From Bacteroidales bacterium (GTDB lineage: Bacteria; Bacteroidota; Bacteroidia; Bacteroidales; UBA932), in contig SUYQ01000003.1 of assembly GCA_015060325.1 (NCBI GenBank), forward strand, positions 20,528 to 84,527: a stretch of 64,000 bases of DNA, in the 5' to 3' direction. Positions within the stretch are counted from its first letter, which is position 1. Every line of letters starts with the position of its first letter. The position numbers were made by a program, and so were the translations under genes. Of this stretch, positions 1 to 10,617 are shown piece after piece. The notes under the pieces are model-generated. The model saw only the letters and a list, made by a program, of their open reading frames with translations. It was not told where the DNA came from and made no database searches.

Positions 1-280
1 TGATACCGAACAGCTCTCCACCTCCAGCTGGAGACAGAAGATCAATATCGTAAGATTTGAAGAAGTCTTCCAGATACTCCGCAGCGAGCTTCTCACCCTC
101 AGAGCCAGCCTTACGGCCTTCAAACATTGCAGAGGAAATCTCCCTTACATGGGTCTTGAAGGCAGATGTGGTTTCACTATCATAAAGTTCCTCATACGTA
201 TGACCGGTCCGTATCTGCGCACTTGCGACAGTCACGGAAAGCCAGGTAAGAGTTACGGCTATAAATCGAAATATCTTCAT
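1..280 (-). CDS. M28-family peptidase, N-terminal part (runs off window start)
   Basis: Manual translation from ATG at 280: MKIFRFIAVTLTWLSVTVASAQ (signal peptide) ...EGRKAGSEGEKLAAEYL, a typical M28 N-terminal motif. Not in the ORF track. Confidence 0.65.
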   Translation of the reverse strand, partial: MKIFRFIAVTLTWLSVTVASAQIRTGHTYEELYDSETTSAFKTHVREISSAMFEGRKAGSEGEKLAAEYLEDFFKSYDIDLLSPAGGGELFGI

Positions 281-281
281 T

Positions 282-851
282 CTATTCCTGATTGACAAGC
301 ACCCAAGCATCCTTAGGGCAGAATGGCTGTTCCTTCACATATTCAAGCATTTCCGCAATCTCAGACAGTCTGTCACGAGGACAGACACCTACGGCTTCCA
401 TACCTGTACGGAAATGCATCTTCACCGGTTCCATAGCAGAATCCTCTGCTACTCGCGCATAGAACTTATCTGCGTTGGCAGAATCTTTAAACGAGCCCAC
501 TATGATGTAATACTTATGGGAAAGTTCTCCTGATGAAAGTCCTTTGAGACTTTTAAGATTATACATCACGCATTTATATTGCTTCAACACAGCACGAGCA
601 TTCAGCGAATCCTCTACCGACTCTTTTTCAACAGGCACCTCAACTGCAATATCTGCAACAGATGTCATCACCGAATCTTCTTGAGCCTCTGCTGCATCAT
701 ACACGCCTGTTTCCATCTCAGCCTTGGCAATTGCCTCCTTCTTTCTGCGGATATCGTCTGATGTAGGGCGTCCTGCCACCTTACGGAAAAAGTCGCATCC
801 TGACACCATCATCATAATGACGGCAATGAAAATTATATGATTCTTCTTCAT
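282..851 (-). CDS. SPOR-domain lipoprotein
   Basis: Start reassigned to MKKNHII (851), just downstream of a TAAATTTG box at 876-883; lipobox VSGC; C-terminal YYIIVGSFKDSANA SPOR-like motif. Confidence 0.75.
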   Translation of the reverse strand: MKKNHIIFIAVIMMMVSGCDFFRKVAGRPTSDDIRRKKEAIAKAEMETGVYDAAEAQEDSVMTSVADIAVEVPVEKESVEDSLNARAVLKQYKCVMYNLKSLKGLSSGELSHKYYIIVGSFKDSANADKFYARVAEDSAMEPVKMHFRTGMEAVGVCPRDRLSEIAEMLEYVKEQPFCPKDAWVLVNQE

Positions 852-946
852 AGTATACAACAATGCACATTCGTGCAAATTTAACGAATTAATACTCTGA
901 GACAAAATAAAAGTGATATATTTGTAATCCTAAACAGCATTTTATT

Positions 947-2128
947 TTGCAGAAGATTCCATTGTCTACATATAAACATGCCATACTATCCGTATTACTG
1001 ATAATCCTCGGTTGCACAAACGCTTCCGGGCAGGTTTTATTGATTCCGGACAGGTGGAAATCCGAATGGTATGAGCCGCAGCCACTTTTCAATCCTGACA
1101 CCTTGAGCATATGCATACTGGGAGATGTGATGATGCACGGCAAACAAATCGAGAACACCCATAGAGAAGGCGATGTGCATGACTTTTCATCATTTTTCCG
1201 GTTCATCGAAGAGGACATAAGAAACGCAGATCTGTCAGTCGCAAACATGGAGTTCACTCTAGGAGGCAAGCCATATACCGGATATCCAAGCTTTTCAGCC
1301 CCAGACGGTTTTGAGACTTATCTTGCAGAATGCGGATTTGACATCTTTCTTGCAGCCAACAACCATATCTTCGACAAAGCGGCATATGGAGCAAGCAGAA
1401 CTCTTGAGAAATATCGTAATCTGCACCTCACCCACGGTGTAAGCTTTACCGGGCTTGCCGGATCCGAAGAGGAACTTGGCAGAACCACCCCTCTCCTGCT
1501 TCGTCGCAAAGGACTTAAGCTGGCATTCATCAACTTTACATATGGAACTAACCAGAGTTCAGGAAAACTCTGGCCACAGACCAACTGCTTAAGCGAGACA
1601 CTGAAGCTGGACAGCGCATTTGCAAAGTGTGACCAGTCTGGAGCAGATTACATAATTGCACTTCCTCATTGGGGAGTTGAATACAAGCTCAGACACTCAA
1701 AGATCCAGGAAAGCACTGCACAAAGGCTTGTCGGTTCCGGGGCAGATATAGTAATCGGCACCCACCCTCATGTAATACAGGACTGTCAGGATATCGACGG
1801 AGTCCAGATTGCGTACTCACTTGGAAATGCAGTATCAAACATGAGCGCAGCCAATACCCAGCTGGGGCTCATGGCTATAATCAGAATTGCTCGCGACCAA
1901 TACGGTCATACACGTATATTACCTTTGACTTTCAGATATCTATGGTGCTCGCTTCCAGGAGGATATGATAGCTCATACACAGTCATCCCGGTCGCGGAAT
2001 TCCTTGGACGGAAAGATGAATGGCAAGGTACTTGGGACTACGAAAAAATGGTAAGGACATACGAGCATGTCAAAAAAATCACAGGCATACCTGACTGTGG
2101 AAACGAAATGGAATTTAATAATGAGTAG
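947..2128 (+). CDS. CapA-family (PGA_cap) metallophosphoesterase-like protein
   Basis: Motifs GDVMMH, ANMEFT, AANNHIFD, HWGVEY, IGTHPHV, YSLGN. Confidence 0.9.
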   Translation: MQKIPLSTYKHAILSVLLIILGCTNASGQVLLIPDRWKSEWYEPQPLFNPDTLSICILGDVMMHGKQIENTHREGDVHDFSSFFRFIEEDIRNADLSVANMEFTLGGKPYTGYPSFSAPDGFETYLAECGFDIFLAANNHIFDKAAYGASRTLEKYRNLHLTHGVSFTGLAGSEEELGRTTPLLLRRKGLKLAFINFTYGTNQSSGKLWPQTNCLSETLKLDSAFAKCDQSGADYIIALPHWGVEYKLRHSKIQESTAQRLVGSGADIVIGTHPHVIQDCQDIDGVQIAYSLGNAVSNMSAANTQLGLMAIIRIARDQYGHTRILPLTFRYLWCSLPGGYDSSYTVIPVAEFLGRKDEWQGTWDYEKMVRTYEHVKKITGIPDCGNEMEFNNE

Positions 2129-3065
2129 GGAAACCATGAAACTTGAGGCAATGGATCCGGTTGAGATCTATGGGCCTGCTAACAAGAACCTTGAGGCGCT
2201 ATGCAGCTACTTCCCCGAACTGAAGATTGCTGCAAGAGGAAACGAAATAATCCTTGACGGCAATGATGCAGACATCTCAAGATTCAAGAAAAAGATGGAG
2301 CTCCTTATAGAAAGGAGGAACCATAAGATGAACCTGACTCCATACGATGTAGAGGAACTTTTCGATGGTGACGCATCACCAGACAGATACAGACTGCGTG
2401 GAGATGCTGTCATCGTCCACGGCAACGACGGAAAACCGATCAAGGCCCGCAACCGTACCCAGGAGGAAATGGTAAAGGCCTACTTCGAAAACGACCTCAT
2501 CTTTGCAGTGGGACCGGCTGGAACCGGAAAGACATACATCGCCATTGCGTTGGCAGTCAGAGCATTGAAAAACAGAGAAATCAAAAGGATCATCCTCACC
2601 AGGCCAGCTGTAGAGGCCGGTGAAAGACTCGGATTCCTGCCAGGCGACCTGAAAGACAAACTGGACCCGTATCTACAGCCGCTGTATGATGCGCTAGGAG
2701 ATATGATTCCGGCAAAAAGGCTTCAGGAATTCATGAATGACGGTACGATACAGATTGCTCCGCTAGCCTATATGAGAGGCCGTACTCTGGACCGGGCATG
2801 CGTAATACTTGACGAAGCACAGAACACAAACCTAGGTCAATTGAAGATGTTCCTGACCCGAATGGGATGCGATGCAAAATTCATCGTAACAGGAGACGCC
2901 AGCCAGATAGACCTCCCGAACAGACGTGATTCAGGCCTGCTGAAAGGAATAGAGCTCACAAAAGAGATAAAGGGCATCAAGACAATCACCTTCAGAAATG
3001 AAGACATCGTCCGACACCCTTTGGTCGCCAAGATCGTCAAGGCTTTTGACAGCGTCTCTGATTAG
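2121..3065 (+). CDS. phoH: PhoH-family ATPase
   Basis: GPAGTGKTY Walker A, LGFLPGDL, PLAYMRGRTL, ILDEAQN, VRHPLV; start reassigned to MSRETMK. Confidence 0.93.
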   Translation: MSRETMKLEAMDPVEIYGPANKNLEALCSYFPELKIAARGNEIILDGNDADISRFKKKMELLIERRNHKMNLTPYDVEELFDGDASPDRYRLRGDAVIVHGNDGKPIKARNRTQEEMVKAYFENDLIFAVGPAGTGKTYIAIALAVRALKNREIKRIILTRPAVEAGERLGFLPGDLKDKLDPYLQPLYDALGDMIPAKRLQEFMNDGTIQIAPLAYMRGRTLDRACVILDEAQNTNLGQLKMFLTRMGCDAKFIVTGDASQIDLPNRRDSGLLKGIELTKEIKGIKTITFRNEDIVRHPLVAKIVKAFDSVSD

Positions 3066-4414
3066 AGAGGCTTGCCTGCCTTGACTACCTCATTATATTT
3101 ATTGTAGCCTGCCTCATACTCCGGACCTTCTGTATAGAAACGGTAGTAGATATTCTTGAGGTACTCTGCAATATTCACTTTGAGAGCATCATCCTTTGAG
3201 ATGCCGTATGCCTTCTCAAACGGTTCGATGGCATTTTTAAGAGTCTGGGTAAACTGTTCGTTGAGAACATTATACTTCGCATCATCAAGTTCATTTGAAG
3301 CCTTCTCCTGAAGATCAAGTGCGATATTGTAGTACATGATACCCTTGCCGATGTAACCGAACTCATAATCCGGACTGATACTTGAACATGCATCATAAGC
3401 AGCAACAGCCTTCGCAAGATACTCATCAGCATTTTCAGGATCTGCTGCACGAAGTTCATTGTAGATATTGCCCTCAACATAGTAAAGTGAGGCATTATTC
3501 GGCTCATTCTTCTTTGCAAGACCGATAAGATCAAACAGTCTGTTGGAATCCTGCTTGTTCTGGACATAATAGTTGATCAGACCGATAAGAATGTTCTGAC
3601 TCTGAGGGAACTTGGTGAATCCATCCTCAAGAATCTTCACTGCCGCTTCTTTGTCACCGAGATTTGTGTAGATATCCGCAAGTTTCGCAAAGACATCTCC
3701 ACCCTCATGATAATATCCTGTCGCAAGGCATTCCTCAAGATATTTCTTTGCCGAATCATAATCCTTGTTCATCAACGACAGGAAACCGGCATTGTAGAGT
3801 GAGAGGGTATCAATCTGATTGAGAGGCGCAGTTTTGGATGCGTCAGCTGCAAGTGCAAACAGACGGCTTGCTTCATCGAGACGGCCTAAAGAATATGCAT
3901 TGAAAGCATCTGTGTTATATTTGGCATTGATGCTTGAAATACCTGCATTGATATCCTTCAGCTTTGACTGTTTCTCATCAACCTCGTAAGCCTTCTTGTA
4001 TGCCTCAAGAGCCTTTGCAAGAGGTTCTTCGCATACAGGCTTAGTAACTACTATCATCACGAGCTGGGTTGTTGCAGGATCATAATAGAAATCTGCGTGC
4101 TCATATACTTCCTTGAGATACTGTGCTCCATTGAGAGTAACAGCCTCTTCTGACTGAGGTTTCTGTGAGCCCATGAGGAGCATAAGTTCCTGCTTTGAAG
4201 CTCCGACCCATGCATTGCCTGCCGGTGCGTTATATGCATCCATGTAAGCCTCAGCAAGCTTTGTCCATGTAGCGACCTTAGCAGCCTTCTTTGCATCCTG
4301 AGTTGCAGCTACTGCCTTTTCGATTGCCTTAGCGGCAGCCTCTGGAGACTTAACCTGTGCATCAGCAGCCTGCACTGCAGCAAGCATTGCCAACGCGATC
4401 AAAATTCTTTTCAT
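3062..4414 (-). CDS. Exported TPR-repeat protein
   Basis: Signal peptide ending AADA-Q; multiple helical TPR-like repeats (LYNAG..AKKYLEECL). Confidence 0.8.
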   Translation of the reverse strand: MKRILIALAMLAAVQAADAQVKSPEAAAKAIEKAVAATQDAKKAAKVATWTKLAEAYMDAYNAPAGNAWVGASKQELMLLMGSQKPQSEEAVTLNGAQYLKEVYEHADFYYDPATTQLVMIVVTKPVCEEPLAKALEAYKKAYEVDEKQSKLKDINAGISSINAKYNTDAFNAYSLGRLDEASRLFALAADASKTAPLNQIDTLSLYNAGFLSLMNKDYDSAKKYLEECLATGYYHEGGDVFAKLADIYTNLGDKEAAVKILEDGFTKFPQSQNILIGLINYYVQNKQDSNRLFDLIGLAKKNEPNNASLYYVEGNIYNELRAADPENADEYLAKAVAAYDACSSISPDYEFGYIGKGIMYYNIALDLQEKASNELDDAKYNVLNEQFTQTLKNAIEPFEKAYGISKDDALKVNIAEYLKNIYYRFYTEGPEYEAGYNKYNEVVKAGKPL

Positions 4415-4436
4415 AATGTAATAGGTATTAAGTTAT

Positions 4437-6965
4437 TTATTCATTATTCTGTTCTGGAGTCTGTTCTACCGGTTGTTCCGCTGGCTGCTCGGGAGTATCT
4501 TCTTCACTCTTGTTGACTGCCGACACAGCTGCAATGGAATCACCCTCCTTGATGTTGATCAGGCGCACTCCCTGAGTTGCACGACCTGCCACCTTGATTC
4601 CTGAAACCGCCATTCTGATAGTAAGACCAGAGCGATTGATTATCATAAGGTCATTCTCATCCGTAACATTCTTGATTGCAACCAACTCTCCTGTCTTCTC
4701 AGTGATATTGAGTGTCTTGACACCCTTTCCTCCCCTGTTGGTCTTGCGATATTCATCAAAGTCAGAACGCTTTCCATATCCATGTTCGCTGACTACGAGT
4801 ATGCTGTGAGCTGCAGCATCTTCAGCAGAAGGATCATAGGTAATCATACCTACAACTTCATCATCTTCATCAATATTTATGCCACGAACACCTGATGCGG
4901 TCCTTCCGAGAGCCCTTGCATCGGTTTCATCGAAACGGCAGCAGCGTCCCTTGCGTCCTGCAAGGAGGATTTCGCTACGACCGTTTGTCATCACTGCCTC
5001 GAGGAGTTCATCACCATCCCTCACAGTAATCGCTATGACTCCATTTGCACGAGGACGTGAATATGCCTCCAGAGAAGTCTTCTTGATGATACCCTTCTTT
5101 GTTCCGAGAACGATGAAATTGTTGTTCACATAGTCCTCATCCTTAAGGTTCTTGACATTAAGGTATGTCTTGATCTTGTCGTCAGGCTCGATGTTGATCA
5201 CATTCTGGATAGCACGGCCCTTTGAAGCACGTGAGCCCTCAGGGATCTCGTATACCTTCAGCCAATAGCAACGACCGTTCTGAGTGAAGAGAAGCATAGT
5301 GCTATGCATGTTAGCAACATAAATGTGCTCTATGAAGTCCTCATCACGTGTCGCACTTCCCTTCATGCCTACGCCGCCGCGGTTCTGGAGACGGTACTCG
5401 GTAAGAGAAGTCCTCTTGATATATCCGAGGTGCGAGATCGTGATCACGACATCCTCATCAGCATAGAAGTCTTCCGGATTGAACTCTTCAGCTGAGAGTG
5501 CGATTTCCGTTCTTCTTGCATCTCCGTATTTCTCCTTCATCTCAAGAGTCTCATCCTTGATGATGCCAAGCTGCATGCTCTCGTTTGCGAGTACATCCTG
5601 ACAATACTGGATGAACTTCATAAGCTCGTCATACTCGCTCTGGAGCTTCTCCCTCTCGAGTCCGACAAGCTGACGCAGCCTCATCTCGACGATCGCAGTT
5701 GCCTGAAGATCAGAGAATCCGAAGCGCGCCATCAGCTCGGCCTTTGCCTCCTCCACGCTCTTCGAAGCACGGATGATGTTGATCACCTCATCAATGAAAT
5801 CAAGAGCCTTGAGGAGTCCTTCGAGGATATGGGCCCTCTTCTGAGCCTTGTCAAGATCGAACTTTGTCCTTCTGATGATCACCTCATGCCTGTGCTTAAC
5901 GAAGTACTTGATGAGCTGCTTGAGATTGAGGGTACGAGGACGTCCGTTGACAAGAGCGACATTGTTTACCGAGAAGCTTGACTGAAGCGGTGTGTATTTG
6001 AAGAGAGTATTCAGTACCACATTCGAATTCGCATCCTTCTTGAGACGGATCACGATGCGCACCCCCTTCATGGTGGTCTCATCGTTGATGTACGAAATTC
6101 CTTCAATCTTCTTGTTCTCAACGAGTTCCGCAATCTTCTCGATCATCTCCCTCTTGTTGACCATGTAAGGTATCTCTGTAACGACTATAGTCTCGCGGCC
6201 AGAGTCACTTACCTCGATATCTGTCTTCGAACGGATGACGATACGGCCCCTTCCGGTTTCAAATGCATCCTTGATGCCCTGACGGCCCTGGATGATGCCG
6301 CCGGTAGGGAAATCCGGTCCTTTTATATAGTGCATCAGCTCCTCTATGGTAATGTCTGGATTGTCGATATACGCACAGATAGCATCGCAGCACTCAGTCA
6401 GGTTGTGCGGAGCCATGTTTGTAGCCATTCCGACAGCAATGCCAGACGATCCGTTCAGCAAAAGAAGAGGAATCTTGGTCGGCAGAACGGTCGGCTCCTG
6501 GAGAGAGTCGTCAAAGTTGTTCTGAAAATCAACAGTATCCTTTTCAAGGTCAGCCAGGACTTCGTCAGAAAGCTTTGAAAGCTTGGCCTCGGTATAACGC
6601 ATCGCAGCAACAGGGTCACCGTCCATCGAACCGAAGTTACCCTGACCGAACACCAGAGGATATCTGAGGCTCCAGTCCTGTGCCATACGGGCCATTGCAT
6701 CATAAACACTTGAATCGCCATGCGGATGGAACTTACCAAGGACTTCACCGACGATACGGGCAGATTTCTTGGTCTGGCTGGTATGTCTCAAACCAAGACC
6801 GTCCATTCCGAAAAGCACTCTTCTATGTACAGGCTTGAATCCGTCACGCACATCAGGAAGTGCCCTCGACACGATTACAGACATGGAGTAGTCGATATAT
6901 GCACTCCTCATCTGCTGGTCAATGTTCACCTGCTCGATCCTACCTGTCTTTACTTCATTTTCCAT
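4437..6965 (-). CDS. gyrA: DNA gyrase subunit A
   Basis: [34 protein letters not shown] (catalytic Tyr), GyrA box QNRGGVG, C-terminal beta-pinwheel repeats. Confidence 0.98.
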   Translation of the reverse strand: MENEVKTGRIEQVNIDQQMRSAYIDYSMSVIVSRALPDVRDGFKPVHRRVLFGMDGLGLRHTSQTKKSARIVGEVLGKFHPHGDSSVYDAMARMAQDWSLRYPLVFGQGNFGSMDGDPVAAMRYTEAKLSKLSDEVLADLEKDTVDFQNNFDDSLQEPTVLPTKIPLLLLNGSSGIAVGMATNMAPHNLTECCDAICAYIDNPDITIEELMHYIKGPDFPTGGIIQGRQGIKDAFETGRGRIVIRSKTDIEVSDSGRETIVVTEIPYMVNKREMIEKIAELVENKKIEGISYINDETTMKGVRIVIRLKKDANSNVVLNTLFKYTPLQSSFSVNNVALVNGRPRTLNLKQLIKYFVKHRHEVIIRRTKFDLDKAQKRAHILEGLLKALDFIDEVINIIRASKSVEEAKAELMARFGFSDLQATAIVEMRLRQLVGLEREKLQSEYDELMKFIQYCQDVLANESMQLGIIKDETLEMKEKYGDARRTEIALSAEEFNPEDFYADEDVVITISHLGYIKRTSLTEYRLQNRGGVGMKGSATRDEDFIEHIYVANMHSTMLLFTQNGRCYWLKVYEIPEGSRASKGRAIQNVINIEPDDKIKTYLNVKNLKDEDYVNNNFIVLGTKKGIIKKTSLEAYSRPRANGVIAITVRDGDELLEAVMTNGRSEILLAGRKGRCCRFDETDARALGRTASGVRGINIDEDDEVVGMITYDPSAEDAAAHSILVVSEHGYGKRSDFDEYRKTNRGGKGVKTLNITEKTGELVAIKNVTDENDLMIINRSGLTIRMAVSGIKVAGRATQGVRLINIKEGDSIAAVSAVNKSEEDTPEQPAEQPVEQTPEQNNE

Positions 6966-7004
6966 ATATGTATTACTCTTTTAATTCTTGATTATACATC
7001 TTGG

Positions 7005-7032
7005 CAAAGTTACAAAAAAAATAGTAATTTTG
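7005..7032. promoter_or_regulatory. Divergent Bacteroidota -7 boxes for gyrA (minus, 7005-7012) and the Clp ATPase (plus, 7025-7032)
   Basis: TAACTTTG on minus and TAATTTTG on plus match TAnnTTTG. Confidence 0.65.
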
Positions 7033-7079
7033 TGCAATCAAATTTGAATTTGTTTCACCCTGAAAACACCTGAGCAGGC

Positions 7080-9422
7080 ATGAAAATAAACATATCCGAC
7101 GAACTGCATTCAATCATAAACTTTTCAAGAGAAGAAGCCCTTAGGACCGGAAGCTACGGGATATCTCCGGACCACCTCTATCTCGGCATGATACGACATC
7201 GTGAAAACACCGCAGTGGACACTCTGAGAGGACTCAGCATCGATATCGACGACATGAAGCAGTTCATAGACAGCAGGATCATGACGAACGAGCACCTTGC
7301 CTACTCGGAGATCGAACGCGTGACATTTTCCAGGGGCTCCCAGAACATCCTGAGCTTTACGATTCTCGAGGCGACAAAGGTACATTGTGCTACCGCCTCG
7401 TCCCAGCACCTTCTTCTGGCGCTGAGCCATCAGCCGGATTCCTACGGAAGCACATACCTCAGAGACCTTGGAACAGACTACAACAGCATCTACAGATATC
7501 TGGACAGCAACGACTTCCTCGATGATGGCGTGGACAGTTTCGGTAAGGATGCTGAAAGCCGGAAGAATGAAGAAGAACCCCAGATACGGTTCCACATCCA
7601 TGAAGAAGAGCCTCAGAAGGAGTCTGAAAACTTCTCACTTGAAGAATTCGGATATGACATAACCAAAGCCGCGAAAGAAGGAAAGCTTGATCCTCTTGTA
7701 GGAAGAGAGGACGAGATACAGAGGGTGATCCAGATCCTTGGACGCAGACGCAAGAACAACCCGATGCTTGTAGGTGACCCGGGAGTAGGAAAATCAGCGA
7801 TAGTCGAAGGCATCGCAATCAAGATCGTCAATGGTGACATCCCGTCATCCCTTGCCGGAAAAAGGCTTATATCGCTGGACCTGGGCTCAGTGGTTGCCGG
7901 CACAAAATACCGTGGAGATTTTGAGAAACGGCTGAAAGCCATAATAAATAAAGTGGCAGAGGATCCCGACATCATCCTTTTCATAGATGAGTTCCACACC
8001 ATAGTTGGCGCCGGTGGGGCATCAGGAAGTCTGGATGCTGCCAATATGCTGAAACCGGCCTTGGCAAGAGGCGACATACAGTGCATAGGTGCAACTACGA
8101 TGGATGAGTTCCGTAAGATCGTGGAAAAGGACAGGGCTCTGGACAGACGTTTCCAGAAGATCATTGTCGAGCACACAGACATCCAGCAGTCAATCTCGAT
8201 CCTGGAAAGCCTGAAGACAAATTACGAAAAGCACCACAATGTGATTTATACTGACGAGGCGCTGGAAGCATGCGTCAGGATGTCGGAAAGATATATAACT
8301 GACCTGTGTCTTCCTGACAAGGCAATCGACGCTATGGACGAGGCCGGTTCCATGGTAAGGCTGAAGAATCCTCATAAAACTGCTGAAGTGACTGCGGACG
8401 ACGTAGCAGAAATCATATCAAAGATGACTGGAATCCCTTCGGGAAAGGTAGCGGAGAGCGAAGGTGGAAGGCTCATCAGGATGAAAGAGAGGCTCAAGGA
8501 ACGCATTATCGGGCAGGACGAAGCGATCGACAACGTTGTACGTTCCATCCAGAGAAACAGAGCCGGGATCAAAGATCCGGGCAAACCTATAGGAACATTC
8601 ATTTTCTTCGGTCCGACTGGTGTGGGAAAGACTCAGCTAGCCAAGTCTCTTGCCGAATACCTGTTTGATTCTGAAGAGAACATGGTCAGGCTGGACATGA
8701 GCGAGTACATGGAGAAGTTCAACGTGACACGTCTTATCGGAGCGCCTCCGGGATATGTCGGCTTTGAAGACGGAGGGCAGCTTAGCGAAAGAGTCCGCCG
8801 CAAGCCATACTGCGTGGTACTGCTGGATGAAATAGAAAAAGCTCATCCGGACGTATACAATCTGCTGCTGCAGGTTATGGATGAAGGACGACTGACTGAC
8901 AGCAACGGAAGGACAGTCAGTTTCAGGAACACGATCCTGATCATGACATCCAACGTCGGCAGCCGTGAACTGGACGAATACGGCAGCGGCGTAGGCTTCA
9001 ATACAGGTGGCAAAAATATTGCAGGCAATAGAAAAGCCGTGCTGGAGAAAGCCGTCAAGAAGGTATTCCCGCCCGAATTCATAAACAGGGTTGACGAACA
9101 GGTGTTCTTCAATCCTCTTGACAAGGAAGATATCGGGAAGATCATTGACATTGAGCTCAAGGAACTCAAGAGAAGGGTGCGCGAAGCCGGCTTTGAACTC
9201 AGCGTGACAACAGGAGCCAAGAGGCTGGTGGCGGACGCCGGTTACGACCCAAGCTATGGCGCAAGACCGCTCAAGAGAGCCGTTCAGCGACTGATAGAGG
9301 ACCCCGTTTCCGAACTGATCATCACAGAGAGGATTCTATCCAAGAAAGGCGTAGATGGGCACAAGAAGATACGTATAAGCCTTTCAAAAGACAAGGAATA
9401 CACCTGCGTGGAATGGGCTTAG
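7080..9422 (+). CDS. clpC: ATP-dependent Clp protease ATP-binding subunit (ClpC/ClpA class)
   Basis: Clp N-domain repeats; two AAA+ modules (GDPGVGKS / LFIDEFH; GPTGVGKT / LLDEIEKAH); YGARPLKRAVQ. Confidence 0.9.
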   Translation: MKINISDELHSIINFSREEALRTGSYGISPDHLYLGMIRHRENTAVDTLRGLSIDIDDMKQFIDSRIMTNEHLAYSEIERVTFSRGSQNILSFTILEATKVHCATASSQHLLLALSHQPDSYGSTYLRDLGTDYNSIYRYLDSNDFLDDGVDSFGKDAESRKNEEEPQIRFHIHEEEPQKESENFSLEEFGYDITKAAKEGKLDPLVGREDEIQRVIQILGRRRKNNPMLVGDPGVGKSAIVEGIAIKIVNGDIPSSLAGKRLISLDLGSVVAGTKYRGDFEKRLKAIINKVAEDPDIILFIDEFHTIVGAGGASGSLDAANMLKPALARGDIQCIGATTMDEFRKIVEKDRALDRRFQKIIVEHTDIQQSISILESLKTNYEKHHNVIYTDEALEACVRMSERYITDLCLPDKAIDAMDEAGSMVRLKNPHKTAEVTADDVAEIISKMTGIPSGKVAESEGGRLIRMKERLKERIIGQDEAIDNVVRSIQRNRAGIKDPGKPIGTFIFFGPTGVGKTQLAKSLAEYLFDSEENMVRLDMSEYMEKFNVTRLIGAPPGYVGFEDGGQLSERVRRKPYCVVLLDEIEKAHPDVYNLLLQVMDEGRLTDSNGRTVSFRNTILIMTSNVGSRELDEYGSGVGFNTGGKNIAGNRKAVLEKAVKKVFPPEFINRVDEQVFFNPLDKEDIGKIIDIELKELKRRVREAGFELSVTTGAKRLVADAGYDPSYGARPLKRAVQRLIEDPVSELIITERILSKKGVDGHKKIRISLSKDKEYTCVEWA

Positions 9423-9541
9423 GACAAGGTTACATCCATCAGTTCAAGATCCATATCGCTTATCATATCGACCAGAGTCTTGTAAGATGCTTCCGACGCG
9501 AACATTGCACTGAGGCTTGAGATTGAAGTTTCTGTATTCAT
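9419..9541 (-). CDS. 40-aa acidic small protein, MNTETSISSLSAMFASEASYKTLVDMISDMDLELMDVTLS
   Basis: Manual translation; own TACCTTTG box at 9580-9587 (minus); stop overlaps the clp stop by 4 nt. Confidence 0.5.
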   Translation of the reverse strand: MNTETSISSLSAMFASEASYKTLVDMISDMDLELMDVTLS

Positions 9542-9636
9542 AACATTCGGTTTTAATGGTTCTTATCATTTAACTGATGCAAAGGTAAAGAGGTAATGTG
9601 CCATTTCACAGCACATGCAAAATAAATATTGATTTT

Positions 9637-10587
9637 ATGAAAAATCTTTTGATAACATTTACATTAGCCGTTCTCGGCATGACAGTCATATCGACATCGG
9701 CGACAGCACAGGCCATGCCTGATGCAGAATACTTGTATGCACAACGGGATACATGCAGCCTGTTCATGGACATATACGAGCCTTCTAAGGAAAAGATGCA
9801 TGACGAAAACGGATTGGAGAAGCCTACAATCATATTCATGTTCGGTGGCGGATTCATACATGGGACAAGAAACGATGCCAGTTACAGCAAATGGTTCCAG
9901 ACCATGAAAGAAGATGGATACAGAATCGTCTCCATCGATTACAGGCTCGGTCTGAAAGGAAGCAATAAAGTAGGAGTGGCTCAGGTGAACGTATTGGACA
10001 AAGCGATCCACATGGCAGTTGAAGACCTGTTCAGCGCAACAAGATTCCTGATTGACAATGCAGAAGAATTGGGTATTGACCCCGGGAACATAGTCATAAG
10101 CGGTTCATCTGCAGGAGCAATAACCGTGATGCAGGCAGAATATGAAATATGCAACAGAACATCGTGGAGCAAGGTTCTGCCGGAGGAATTCAACTATGCA
10201 GGAGTAATGTCATTCTCAGGAGCGATCCTGTCCCGCGAAGGAAAAGTTGACTACAAGGAGCCCCCTTGCCCGACTCTCATGCTGCACGGAACCGCAGACA
10301 AACTCGTCCCATACAAGCAGATAGCATTCTTCAACCTCGGATTCTTCGGGGGAGGAAAACTCGTAAAGAGATTCGAGAAGTTCGGATTCAACTACAACAT
10401 GTATCACTTCATGGACTATGGTCATGAGGTGGCAGGATCAATGGGAACGACCATCGACCTGCAGAAGAAATTCCTTAAATGCAATGTGATGCAGAAGAAG
10501 GAAAGAATCGTAGAAGCCTGGATATCTGACCCTGATGTATACAAGGGGGCCGGGCCACAATCCAGAAAAGAACTATACGGCAAATAA
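9637..10587 (+). CDS. Exported alpha/beta hydrolase (carboxylesterase-like)
   Basis: FGGGF oxyanion motif, GSSAG nucleophile elbow, LHGTAD, GHE; signal peptide; start reassigned to MKNLLI. Confidence 0.88.
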   Translation: MKNLLITFTLAVLGMTVISTSATAQAMPDAEYLYAQRDTCSLFMDIYEPSKEKMHDENGLEKPTIIFMFGGGFIHGTRNDASYSKWFQTMKEDGYRIVSIDYRLGLKGSNKVGVAQVNVLDKAIHMAVEDLFSATRFLIDNAEELGIDPGNIVISGSSAGAITVMQAEYEICNRTSWSKVLPEEFNYAGVMSFSGAILSREGKVDYKEPPCPTLMLHGTADKLVPYKQIAFFNLGFFGGGKLVKRFEKFGFNYNMYHFMDYGHEVAGSMGTTIDLQKKFLKCNVMQKKERIVEAWISDPDVYKGAGPQSRKELYGK

Positions 10588-10589
10588 TG

Positions 10590-10617
10590 AAAAAGCAGGT
10601 CAGTTGACCTGCTTTTT
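10590..10617. terminator. Bidirectional intrinsic terminator
   Basis: AAAAAGCAGGTC-AGTT-GACCTGCTTTTT between convergent genes. Confidence 0.9.
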
